Shown here in pieces: positions 18,936 through 27,488 of a stretch of DNA of 64,000 nt; positions within the stretch are counted from its first letter, which is position 1; every line of letters starts with the position of its first letter. Position numbers and translations under genes: made by a program. Below the pieces are notes generated by a model, which saw only the letters and a program-made list of their open reading frames with translations, searched no databases and was not told the DNA's origin. Origin of the DNA: Candidatus Heimdallarchaeota archaeon (lineage in GTDB: Archaea; Asgardarchaeota; Heimdallarchaeia; Heimdallarchaeales; Heimdallarchaeaceae); the NCBI GenBank assembly GCA_019057375.1, contig DXJF01000050.1, positions 1 through 64,000 of the forward strand. The letters are read 5' to 3'.

Positions 18936-21530
18936 TTGTTGAAAAAAAGAGTTGATGCGTTAATATTTGTAATACTATTATGTACTGTATCTACTTTAGT
19001 ACAAATTAGTAGTTTTCCTACAGAGAATGTTAATAATCTAAAATTTTCTGTAGAATATCAAGATGTTGAAATTAATGACCTTCCTGGAGAGCCACAGAAT
19101 TGGACATGGGCGAAAGACCAGGGGCTTTGTGCTGGTAATGGGTTAGTAGCCGATCCATATATTGTCGAAGATATTCTTTTTACAGGGGTTGATTTTTGTT
19201 TCAGTATTTTAAATTCTGTAAAATACTTTATTATAAGAAATTGCACTATTAGTGGGAACAAAGGTCTCTTTTTGTCTAATGTAACTAATGGACAAATTAT
19301 TGAAAGCAATATAATATACAATGACGGAGAAGGAATGAGTATAGATACATGCAGTACTATCCTCGTTTCAGGAAATAATATTACTGATAATGTGGATGGA
19401 GTATTAATAAACGACTGTACTTTTGCATCTCTCTCGAATAACAACATAAGTAATAATGACGGAAAAGGAATTAGTTTAGAAAAAGCGAATAACAACATCT
19501 TCATCTCTGAAAATGACATAAAAAACAATTCCGAAGAAGGGATTATGATAGATAAGAATAGTTATAACAACACCATCTGGGGAAACGAAATTTCTGACAA
19601 TACTCTTATAGGAGTACAAGTAAAAGGTCCAGCAGCAATTAACAACCTATTTTATGAGAATTACTTTATAAATAATAATCCTAATGCACGGGATAATAAT
19701 GTCAATACCATCTGGAATACTACACTTATTGGAAATTATTGGGATGATTATGATGGCGTAGACGCAAATGGTGATGGTATCGGAGATACTCCATATACTA
19801 TTCCAGGTTCAGCAGGAAATCATGATTACTTACCAATATGGAATTTAATGGGCCCTATCGCTATTGATGGTGCTGCTACTGGTGTTGGAGCTCATAATTG
19901 GACATGGGCAGCAAGTCAATATTGGTGTAGTGGTTCTGGGGGTGTTACTGATCCATATGTTATAGAAGATTTAGAGATAGATGCTCAGGGAACTGGAAGT
20001 TGTATTTCGATCACTAATTCTAGAGTATATTTTTCAATTGAGAAGTGCACTGTAAGTGATTCAGGAACATCTCTTACTGATGCAGGAATCTATTTATTTA
20101 ATGTTACTAATGGAAATATCGTCGAGAACGATTGTTCTAACAATGGTTATGCGGGAATATTATTTAGTAATTGTAATAGTAGCACAATTTCATCAAATAT
20201 CGCAAATTCAAATGTTATGGGAATATTTGGAGATAATAGTAACTATAACACTTTATCAGGAAACAATGTTAATGACAATTTATGTGGAATATATACTATT
20301 GGTTTTTGGAATGAAATTTCAGGAAATACTATAGATACCAATATAGATTATGGAATTTTTATAGCGAGTGGTAGCCATAATAATACAGTTGATGGAAATA
20401 CTGTAAAAAATAGTATTTATGGTATATTGGTAAGTGATATCGGTCACAACACCATTTCAAATAATGAAATAAATAGCAATTCTTATGGGGTATATTTAGA
20501 TAATACAGATAATAACATTATTTCAAATAATGAAATAAGTAGCAATTCTTTATACGGGATATATACTGTACTGGGTAGTAACGGAAGTTTAGTTCATTCA
20601 AATTACTTTGTACTAAATGGAGAACATGCTGTTGATTATGGTTATCCATTTTCAAATAATATTTGGAATAGTTTATTAATAGGTAATTATTGGGACAATT
20701 ATACTGGAAGCGATGATAACAATGACGGTATTGGTGATGATCCTCACGATTTTGGTACGGGGATAGATTATTTACCAATTTGGGATGATGCAGCTCCAAT
20801 AATTATTATAAAATCACCCAATCCCAACGATGTATTTGGTCTCAATGCACCAAATTTTGATGTAACCATCATTGAACCTAATTTGGATGAAATGTGGTAT
20901 ACTCTTGATAGCGGATTACATAATCATACATTTGAAGAGAATGGAACAATTGACCAATTTGCCTGGGATGCGGCGCCTTCTGGTAGTATTACTCTAACGT
21001 TTTATGCTAGAGACATGATTGGATATATTGGTTCTGATGAGGTTATTATAATAAAAGACGTTCAAGCTCCAACTATTACAATCAATTCACCTGATGCTGG
21101 TGATGAATTTGGCAGAGATGCACCAAGTTATGACATAACTGTTACAGATGCTAATTTAGATTCGGTATGGTATACACTCAATGACGGTATTCCCTATTAT
21201 ATTACCTCTTTTAGTGGTACAATCAATCAAACAGTATGGTCAGCTTTAGCCAAAGGAAATATTACTATTACTTTTTATGCCAATGATAGCGCTGAAAATC
21301 TTGCATCTGAAGAAGTTAACATCATAAAAACCGCTGGCGTAGGACCAAATTTAACTTTGATCATCGTTCTTAGTACTACTCTCGGTGGAGCTGCTGTTGC
21401 TGCTGGAGTTATAGGGACATTAATGTATAAGGGGAAGATAAAAAAACCAAAATGGTCAGGAAAGATAAAAAAACCGGAATGGTTAGGGAAGATAAAAAAA
21501 CCAAAGTGGTTAGGAAGAAAACAGGGTTAG
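18936..21530 (+). CDS. Surface protein with two NosD/CASH right-handed beta-helix modules, Ig-like domains and C-terminal TM anchor
   Basis: Asn-rich N.I..N..GI repeats, two GNYWD.Y.G.D.N.DGIGD.P motifs, P.I.I.SP domains, TM. Confidence 0.88.
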   Translation: MLKKRVDALIFVILLCTVSTLVQISSFPTENVNNLKFSVEYQDVEINDLPGEPQNWTWAKDQGLCAGNGLVADPYIVEDILFTGVDFCFSILNSVKYFIIRNCTISGNKGLFLSNVTNGQIIESNIIYNDGEGMSIDTCSTILVSGNNITDNVDGVLINDCTFASLSNNNISNNDGKGISLEKANNNIFISENDIKNNSEEGIMIDKNSYNNTIWGNEISDNTLIGVQVKGPAAINNLFYENYFINNNPNARDNNVNTIWNTTLIGNYWDDYDGVDANGDGIGDTPYTIPGSAGNHDYLPIWNLMGPIAIDGAATGVGAHNWTWAASQYWCSGSGGVTDPYVIEDLEIDAQGTGSCISITNSRVYFSIEKCTVSDSGTSLTDAGIYLFNVTNGNIVENDCSNNGYAGILFSNCNSSTISSNIANSNVMGIFGDNSNYNTLSGNNVNDNLCGIYTIGFWNEISGNTIDTNIDYGIFIASGSHNNTVDGNTVKNSIYGILVSDIGHNTISNNEINSNSYGVYLDNTDNNIISNNEISSNSLYGIYTVLGSNGSLVHSNYFVLNGEHAVDYGYPFSNNIWNSLLIGNYWDNYTGSDDNNDGIGDDPHDFGTGIDYLPIWDDAAPIIIIKSPNPNDVFGLNAPNFDVTIIEPNLDEMWYTLDSGLHNHTFEENGTIDQFAWDAAPSGSITLTFYARDMIGYIGSDEVIIIKDVQAPTITINSPDAGDEFGRDAPSYDITVTDANLDSVWYTLNDGIPYYITSFSGTINQTVWSALAKGNITITFYANDSAENLASEEVNIIKTAGVGPNLTLIIVLSTTLGGAAVAAGVIGTLMYKGKIKKPKWSGKIKKPEWLGKIKKPKWLGRKQG
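21432..21512 (+). repeat. 3 x 27-bp tandem repeat encoding GKIKKP(K/E)W(S/L)
   Basis: GGGAAGATAAAAAAACCAAAATGGTCA and two near-identical copies. Confidence 0.92.
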
Positions 21531-21552
21531 ACTTGATTTCAATTTAGAAAAA

Positions 21553-21734
21553 TCACCCCGAGAAGAAGCAACTCTTGATTCTAGCTCTATGAGCTAGATT
21601 TTTTTTCTGTATAATTACAATCACAAATGGAATAATGAGCACAATTCCTAAAGCTACTCGCGAAAGAACTGACTTTGTGAGTTCAGAATCAAAACTATAA
21701 TGAAAAATGAAAAAGCTTCAACTCTCTTGTTCAT
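21553..21734 (-). pseudogene. Collapsed surface-protein remnant: M14-like signal peptide joined out of frame to a TM anchor
   Basis: MNKRVEAFSFFIIVLILNSQS (cf. MNKRVKAYSFFIIILFLSSQS), then in another frame RVALGIVLIIPFVIVIIQKK...stop. Confidence 0.6.
21580..21606 (+). terminator. Hairpin plus T-tract downstream of the beta-helix gene
   Basis: TCTAGCTC-TAT-GAGCTAGA followed by T8. Confidence 0.55.
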
Positions 21735-21775
21735 TATTCTGAGATGAATTTTAGATTTTATTAGTTTCTCTATTC
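21671..21775 (+). repeat. 105-bp direct repeat, copy B
   Basis: 92/105 identical to 18369..18473. Confidence 0.9.
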
Positions 21776-21822
21776 ACAAATGAGATCCGAATATCAGTAA
21801 TGAGAAATATAACAAAACAACA

Positions 21823-21870
21823 TTGTATACAAAAGCAAATGCTTAAAAACGGATGTGCATTGACGTGTCA
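21823..21870 (+). promoter_or_regulatory. Candidate promoter/operator of the sulfur operon
   Basis: Perfect palindrome TTGTATACAA (21823-32), TTAAAA box near 21843, TGAC-N2-GTCA (21861-70). Confidence 0.35.
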
Positions 21871-21893
21871 TAATCGAAAACAACGGTGAATGT

Positions 21894-22133
21894 ATGACCG
21901 AATACGAAATTGCTATAGAAATAGATGCCCGGGGGAGTTACTGTCCTGGACCTCTAGTTGAGTTAATTAAAATGGTTCGTCAAGCTGAAGTAGACGAGCA
22001 TTTAGCTCTGCTTAGTTCTGATGAGGGAACCCGTACTGATGTTCCAGCATGGATTAAGAAAGCAAATCACGAATTAGTTGAAATTATCAACTTAGAAGAT
22101 CACGATAAATATATCGTTAAGAAACTACACTAG
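21894..22133 (+). CDS. tusA: TusA/SirA family sulfur carrier
   Basis: IDARGSYCPGP, 79 aa. Confidence 0.92.
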   Translation: MTEYEIAIEIDARGSYCPGPLVELIKMVRQAEVDEHLALLSSDEGTRTDVPAWIKKANHELVEIINLEDHDKYIVKKLH

Positions 22134-22144
22134 AGGAATAATCA

Positions 22145-23287
22145 ATGAAAAATATCGTAGTTGTAGGAGGAGGTTTCTCAGGAATTTCTGTTGCTAACAA
22201 ATTAGCAAGGAAGCTACGCAGAAAGGATGCCAAAGTTATTTTGATTGAATCCAAAGAAATCAATATCTATGAACCCGAATTCGTTTTTTGGGGATTTAAA
22301 AACACTCCACAGTCAAAATTCATTAAACCCATGAACAAAGTTCTAAGTGGCAAAGTAAACTGGTTACGTACAACAGCATTAAAGATTGATTCAGAGAAGA
22401 GAATTATCGCATTAGCAAATGGAGATACACTTCATTATGATTATATTGTTTTAGCTACAGGAGCTAAAATGGATGAAGACAGCGTTAATGCGTATGATGA
22501 GGATAATATTCATCATTTCTATCTGTTAGATGCAGCAAAAAAGCTCCAAGAATCTCTAAAGAACTTCAAAGGAGGTACAATTGTAATATCTCCAACTACA
22601 GTACCATACAAATGCCCACCAGCCCCCGCAGAATTTACCTTCGTACTAGATAAATTTCTAAGACAAAGGAATTTACGAGATAAAACAACGATAAAATATT
22701 TGTATCCACTTATGCGTCCATATCCTGAACCCCGAGTATCTGAAAAAGTTCAAAAGAACTTTGATGAAAGAGGAATCGAATTTTGTGAATTTTTTAACTA
22801 TGAGACTGTTGATAAAAACAATCGCAAAATTATTTCACTTGAAGGAGAAGAGATTGGTTATGATCTGTTGGTACTTATTCCACCGCATAAAGGTCAAAAA
22901 GTCATTATTGAATCTGGCTTAGGAGATAGAGAAGGTTTTGTTTCTGCAGATAAATTTACACTCAAAGTAAACGATCATGACAATATGTATGCTATTGGTG
23001 ATTGCACAAATCTACCAATTTCCAAATCAGGAGCTGCTGCTCATTTTGCATCAGCAGCATTAATAAAAAATCTGATACTTGAAATGAAAGGTAAGGAACC
23101 AACCAAGAAATACAATGGTTTTACTGTTTGTTTTATTGTAACATCTTTCCGTCGATCATTATTGTTGGTATTCAGCTATAAGTATCCACCAAGAAAAATT
23201 GGCTTACATAACTTATTTCTGTATGGATTATTCAAAAGGTCATTCAAAATTGTATATTTTAAAGCTTTAATAAAAGGCTATTTGTAA
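22145..23287 (+). CDS. sqr: Sulfide:quinone oxidoreductase-like FAD oxidoreductase (type III-like)
   Basis: GGGFSG, ATG, KCPPAPAEF, AIGD, YNGFTVCF. Confidence 0.8.
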   Translation: MKNIVVVGGGFSGISVANKLARKLRRKDAKVILIESKEINIYEPEFVFWGFKNTPQSKFIKPMNKVLSGKVNWLRTTALKIDSEKRIIALANGDTLHYDYIVLATGAKMDEDSVNAYDEDNIHHFYLLDAAKKLQESLKNFKGGTIVISPTTVPYKCPPAPAEFTFVLDKFLRQRNLRDKTTIKYLYPLMRPYPEPRVSEKVQKNFDERGIEFCEFFNYETVDKNNRKIISLEGEEIGYDLLVLIPPHKGQKVIIESGLGDREGFVSADKFTLKVNDHDNMYAIGDCTNLPISKSGAAAHFASAALIKNLILEMKGKEPTKKYNGFTVCFIVTSFRRSLLLVFSYKYPPRKIGLHNLFLYGLFKRSFKIVYFKALIKGYL

Positions 23288-23298
23288 GGTGAAAAAAA

Positions 23299-23538
23299 AT
23301 GTCTGATATAAAAATCGCAAAAACACTAGATGCAAAGAATCTTAGTTGTCCTCTGCCTATTCTGAAAACAAAAAAAGCAATAGCAGAAATTGATATTGGA
23401 GAGTTTTTAGAAGTCCTATCTACAGATCCTGGATCAGTTGCAGACTTCAAAGCTTGGAGCAATTCTACTGGACACGAATTAGCAGATCAATCTACTGAAA
23501 ACGGGGTTTATCGCTATATAATTAAAAAAACAAATTAA
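23299..23538 (+). CDS. tusA: TusA/SirA family sulfur carrier (second copy)
   Basis: LDAKNLSCPLP, TDPGS. Confidence 0.92.
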   Translation: MSDIKIAKTLDAKNLSCPLPILKTKKAIAEIDIGEFLEVLSTDPGSVADFKAWSNSTGHELADQSTENGVYRYIIKKTN

Positions 23539-23551
23539 AGAGGAATAAAAT

Positions 23552-24025
23552 ATGTCTGAAAAAAAGAAAAAACTAGCTATTATAGCTTCAAAAGCTGATA
23601 TTCCTGGAGCTTATCCTCCACTTATATTGGCTTCAACTGCAGCTGCAATGGATTATGAAGTAGGTATCTTCTTTACTTTCTTTGGTTTAAATATGTTAAA
23701 GAAGAATAAATTGAATAAATTGAAAGTAACTCCAGTTGGAGAAACAGCAATGCCAATGCCAATACCACAAATAGTTGGTATGTTACCAGGTATGACTGAT
23801 GTGGCTACAGCAATGATGAAAAGCTGGATGAAAGGTGCAAATGTTGCTAAACTTCAAGAGCTCATGGATTTATCCATTGAAGCAGGTGTCAAACTAATTG
23901 CATGTCAAATGACAATGGATGTCATGAAAATCAAGCGAAAACATCTCATTGATGAATGTGAAGTTGGTGGCGCTGCAGCTATGTTAGAATTCGCTTCTGA
24001 TGCCGACATTACTTTGTATATTTAG
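23552..24025 (+). CDS. DsrE2-type (DsrE/DsrF-like) sulfurtransferase
   Basis: PPLILASTAAAM, FFTFFGL, LIACQMTMDVM. Confidence 0.9.
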   Translation: MSEKKKKLAIIASKADIPGAYPPLILASTAAAMDYEVGIFFTFFGLNMLKKNKLNKLKVTPVGETAMPMPIPQIVGMLPGMTDVATAMMKSWMKGANVAKLQELMDLSIEAGVKLIACQMTMDVMKIKRKHLIDECEVGGAAAMLEFASDADITLYI

Positions 24026-24406
24026 GTGATAATCTTGTCAACTCAAAAAGTTATTTTTGTAGTAACTCATGGAGAAGAGTTTAAAGACAGATTGGAACCC
24101 CCTCTTCATTTAGCAACCTTAGCAGCTTTACTTGAAGCAGAAGCTAAGATGATCTATACAATGTCAGCTGGTTTACTTCTGAAGAAAGGAGTGCCTGATA
24201 AGCTAAAAGCAATTGGTAAAGAGAATACTCTACTTGAAACCATTCAAGAAGCAAAAGAAGCTGGAGTTAAAATCTACGTCTGCAGTCCAGTTTTGGATAT
24301 GTACAATCTTACTCGCGAAGATTTGATTGATGAAGTCGATGATATTGTAGGTGGAATGTACTTAGTTTCAGAATCTTTGGAAGCCGATGTAACATACACT
24401 TTCTGA
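24026..24406 (+). CDS. DsrE family protein
   Basis: PPLHLATLAA, GVKIYVC; likely start TTG 24035 after AGGTGA SD. Confidence 0.85.
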   Translation: MIILSTQKVIFVVTHGEEFKDRLEPPLHLATLAALLEAEAKMIYTMSAGLLLKKGVPDKLKAIGKENTLLETIQEAKEAGVKIYVCSPVLDMYNLTREDLIDEVDDIVGGMYLVSESLEADVTYTF

Positions 24407-24407
24407 G

Positions 24408-24827
24408 TTGATCAGAATGACCTTCCCTCTTTCTTCTTTTGAATCTCAAGAAATTACATGCTTTGAAATTATCAAAGCAGCTTATGCGTTATCTGAAAAT
24501 GAATTAGAGATTATGATGTGCATAAAGAATATCCAACCTGTTGATATAAAGGGAATTGCTGAAATCATCCCAAAAGACAGGGCTACAATCTCAAGATCTA
24601 TACAGAGATTGATGGGTATCGGTGTTGTTAGGAAAACAAAGATAAATCTGGAGAGAGGAGGTTTCAAATATCTTTACTCTAGCATGTCTGTTGAAGAGCT
24701 TAAAACAAAATTATTGGAACTAATTACCAGAATAAGTCAAAACATGGAATATTCAATTTCTAATTTAACTGAGGAAAAGTGTAAAGAAGTTTTCGAAGAA
24801 GTACGAACAAAATACTCACCTAAATAG
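24408..24827 (+). CDS. Winged-HTH transcriptional regulator (COG3355/TrmB-like)
   Basis: IAEIIPKDRATISRSIQRL...GGFKYLY. Confidence 0.82.
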   Translation: MIRMTFPLSSFESQEITCFEIIKAAYALSENELEIMMCIKNIQPVDIKGIAEIIPKDRATISRSIQRLMGIGVVRKTKINLERGGFKYLYSSMSVEELKTKLLELITRISQNMEYSISNLTEEKCKEVFEEVRTKYSPK

Positions 24828-25046
24828 AACCAAGAAAGGTATCTGTTTCAGAGACAGAACCTAAATCCTTTGCCTTTCCTGCAAAGATTTTTTTTCATTT
24901 TTCTAAGAAAAGAACACAATCAACCCATTCTTGTATCAATTTTCTGGAAGACTAGTAAAAACTAAAGTTTTACCTTTCTCTAAAAAATCTTTTTCAAGCA
25001 GATTCTGTAAGGGTTTTCGAGAGGGACAATCTAGATTAGTAAAAAT
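24820..25046 (-). pseudogene. 3' remnant of an ABC-transporter ATP-binding gene
   Basis: Own translation LDCPSRKPLQNLL...GKTLVFTSL...VDCVLFLENE, frameshift in an A8 run, then IFAGKAKDL. Confidence 0.5.
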
Positions 25047-25047
25047 C

Positions 25048-25944
25048 TTAATTATAGAATGAAGCTAGAGATTTAACAAGCCGAGCATGAAACTTGTTTC
25101 GTCTTGAGAAGGGGATATCTAATTGATATCTTTTAGTAAACAGCTTCTGTAAATCTTTATGGTCATTATAGTACTTTCCAATTACCCATTTTGCATGTTC
25201 TTCCAAGATTTGTTCATACTCTTCATTGATAATCATCTCAATGAAATGGTCAAGATAATTAGATTCTTCTTTAGCTATTTTCCTAACTTTAGAACTCACA
25301 TTTCTTAAGCTGATTCCTTCCTTTATCTTTTGATCCTTACCAAAGAAATATAGCACATTATGAACAAGGAATTTATTGCAGCTTTTGTCTGAATAAGTTA
25401 TTAGTGAAAAGTCATAAGAAGCTTCAAAAGGAATAACTTTGTCCATTAAACTTGAGAGCTCAAGAACACCTATTGCATCTAAATCAGGCAGAAGAGTAAC
25501 TCTTGGCTCGATCATAACTGCTACAATTATTTCTCTCAGCAGAGTTAAATCTATTTTTTCTAGAATTTTATTTTCCGTATTTTTGAATGCGTCTGGAGAG
25601 ATAATTTTATCCTCCTGATTAATATCATCGAACAACTGTGTGAGATAAAGAGGAGAAGTGTAATAAAGTAAAGAATTGGTGTTATATTCTTCAGAAGGAA
25701 TAACAAAACTGTGAGATAATGACTTTGGTCTTCCGAAGGGATCAAAACCATCACTTCTAACAAGTTTCACAATTACATTACCCGTTGTGTGAGTATATTT
25801 AGAAACATATTTTGTGTGTTGTTGTTGTTTTGTAGACAATTCAGGCATGAAAACGATAGAATCCTTTGATAATTCAGTAGGTAAATCTGAAATTGAAATT
25901 TGATATCCTATTTCATCATCCCTTTTAGCAATAACCTGAAACAT
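25048..25944 (-). CDS. DENN-related protein (GAP1-N2-like N-terminus)
   Basis: GYQ...DGFDPFGRPKSLSHSF motif, followed by an alpha/beta segment YDFSLITY. Confidence 0.5.
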   Translation of the reverse strand: MFQVIAKRDDEIGYQISISDLPTELSKDSIVFMPELSTKQQQHTKYVSKYTHTTGNVIVKLVRSDGFDPFGRPKSLSHSFVIPSEEYNTNSLLYYTSPLYLTQLFDDINQEDKIISPDAFKNTENKILEKIDLTLLREIIVAVMIEPRVTLLPDLDAIGVLELSSLMDKVIPFEASYDFSLITYSDKSCNKFLVHNVLYFFGKDQKIKEGISLRNVSSKVRKIAKEESNYLDHFIEMIINEEYEQILEEHAKWVIGKYYNDHKDLQKLFTKRYQLDIPFSRRNKFHARLVKSLASFYN

Positions 25945-26046
25945 CTATAATACTTAATCCAATGTTGAACTTAAAATTTTCTGTACTTCTGTTCTAAAGA
26001 AAACATTATTTCGCAATATTCTTAAGGGAAGATTTCTGTTTAAATA

Positions 26047-27084
26047 TTGATGTTCGAGGAAAATGATTTAACCGTTATCTTTGATGAAGTTGAAAGATTG
26101 ATTGAAAAAGATAAGATTGCGGAAGCTATCGAGCTCTTGGAGAAACAAGTTTCTTCTTATGAAAATGAAGTTTCATTTCTAAATTTCATAGCAAAGATCT
26201 ATCACCTAACCGATAATTCACAACTTGCTATCAATTATCTTAATCGATCAATTGAAATCAATCCTGAAAATCTAGAAACATTAGAACTTCTAGGAAATGC
26301 TTATTATAGTTTGAAGAACTGGGATCAAGCTCTCATTTCATGGAAGAAAGTATGTGAATTAGATTCTAAACGATACCTTCTATGGAACAAAATTGGAGAT
26401 TTATATTATGAAATTGGGGAATATTTTGATGCAACAAAGGCATTTACAAATTTCCTTGAATATGAAGAAAATATAGTTGTCTATAGTATTTTGTCAACTA
26501 TTTACAAAAAGATGGGCAATGACATTGAGAGCTGGAACAATCTAATGAAAGCTGAACAACTCGACCCAAAAAATGAAAAAGTTCTCATGCAAATTGGAGA
26601 TACTTATTTAGATCTAGACAATTATGATCGAGCTGAAGACTATTTTCGATCAGTAACTAAAATCAATGAAGAGAATTTACAAGCCTGGTTTCAACTAGGG
26701 AAGACTCTAGAAGCAAAACAAGATTTTATACAAGCTGTCGATTCCTTCTCTAAAGTTATTGAATTAGATCCTGATAATGTGTTAGGATTCTTTAATTTAG
26801 CAAATATCTATGCTTCCTTAGCTAATATTGAAGAAGCTATAAGATATTATGAAGAATGTTTAAGCAGAGATCCATCCTTCTTGGAGTCATCTATGTCACT
26901 CGCTTCTCTTTCTTGGGCTTCGAAAGATTATGATAAATCGCTAGCTTATCTAGAAGATGCTTTGCGATATAACGAAACAGAAGCCAGATTATATAGAATG
27001 CTTGGAGACATTTCAGAAGATCTTGGAGAAGAAGAAAAAGCACTAGACTATTGGGAGAAAGCATTAGAATTAGAAGAGGGATAA
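26047..27084 (+). CDS. Tetratricopeptide repeat protein
   Basis: Multiple 34-aa repeats (A...LG..Y...A...F.K.L.LDP). Confidence 0.92.
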   Translation: MMFEENDLTVIFDEVERLIEKDKIAEAIELLEKQVSSYENEVSFLNFIAKIYHLTDNSQLAINYLNRSIEINPENLETLELLGNAYYSLKNWDQALISWKKVCELDSKRYLLWNKIGDLYYEIGEYFDATKAFTNFLEYEENIVVYSILSTIYKKMGNDIESWNNLMKAEQLDPKNEKVLMQIGDTYLDLDNYDRAEDYFRSVTKINEENLQAWFQLGKTLEAKQDFIQAVDSFSKVIELDPDNVLGFFNLANIYASLANIEEAIRYYEECLSRDPSFLESSMSLASLSWASKDYDKSLAYLEDALRYNETEARLYRMLGDISEDLGEEEKALDYWEKALELEEG

Positions 27085-27488
27085 TTATTCTTACGGGTCC
27101 TTTAATAGAATTTACGCAAGGGTTACATGGTACATACCTATTACTCCTTCACATCTCTGAAGATATAACAATTGACAGAAGAGGACAAACAATCGAACTT
27201 TCAAAAGGAATTTATATCTATGTTGGAAGTGCTTTTGGAGCTGGAGGGCTAGCATCATGCTTACACAGACATGTTCGAAAACAAAAAAAGAAGCATTGGC
27301 ACATAGATCAAGTTACCATGCACAGAGCAAGTGAAACAATTGGAATAGCAATATCCATTAATCAGAAAAATGAGTGCAATCTATACAAATTATTGAGCAA
27401 AATTGATGAATTCTCACCAATTCCTGGAATAGGAAATAGTGATTGCATAAATGAATGTGGAAGTCATTTTTTAAAAATTTTAAACTAA
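27051..27488 (+). CDS. GIY-YIG (DUF123/Uri-like) endonuclease
   Basis: GTYLL, GIYIYVGSA, RH...K..HWHID, GNSDC..CGSH; true start probably downstream of 27084. Confidence 0.85.
   Translation: MGESIRIRRGIIILTGPLIEFTQGLHGTYLLLLHISEDITIDRRGQTIELSKGIYIYVGSAFGAGGLASCLHRHVRKQKKKHWHIDQVTMHRASETIGIAISINQKNECNLYKLLSKIDEFSPIPGIGNSDCINECGSHFLKILN

Noticed and set aside
18369-21775. Insertion sequence or integrative element suggested by the direct repeats
   Set aside because: No transposase, integrase or terminal inverted repeats; the repeats are gene 5' modules
24023-24037. TAG immediately followed by an in-frame GTG ORF (also at 52141-52155), suggesting amber readthrough or pyrrolysine
   Set aside because: TAGGTGA is the SD motif for downstream TTG 24035 and ATG 52153; both flanking proteins are complete family members
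27051-27488. GIY-YIG protein as a homing endonuclease or intron marker
   Set aside because: Stand-alone DUF123-type protein with no interrupted host gene
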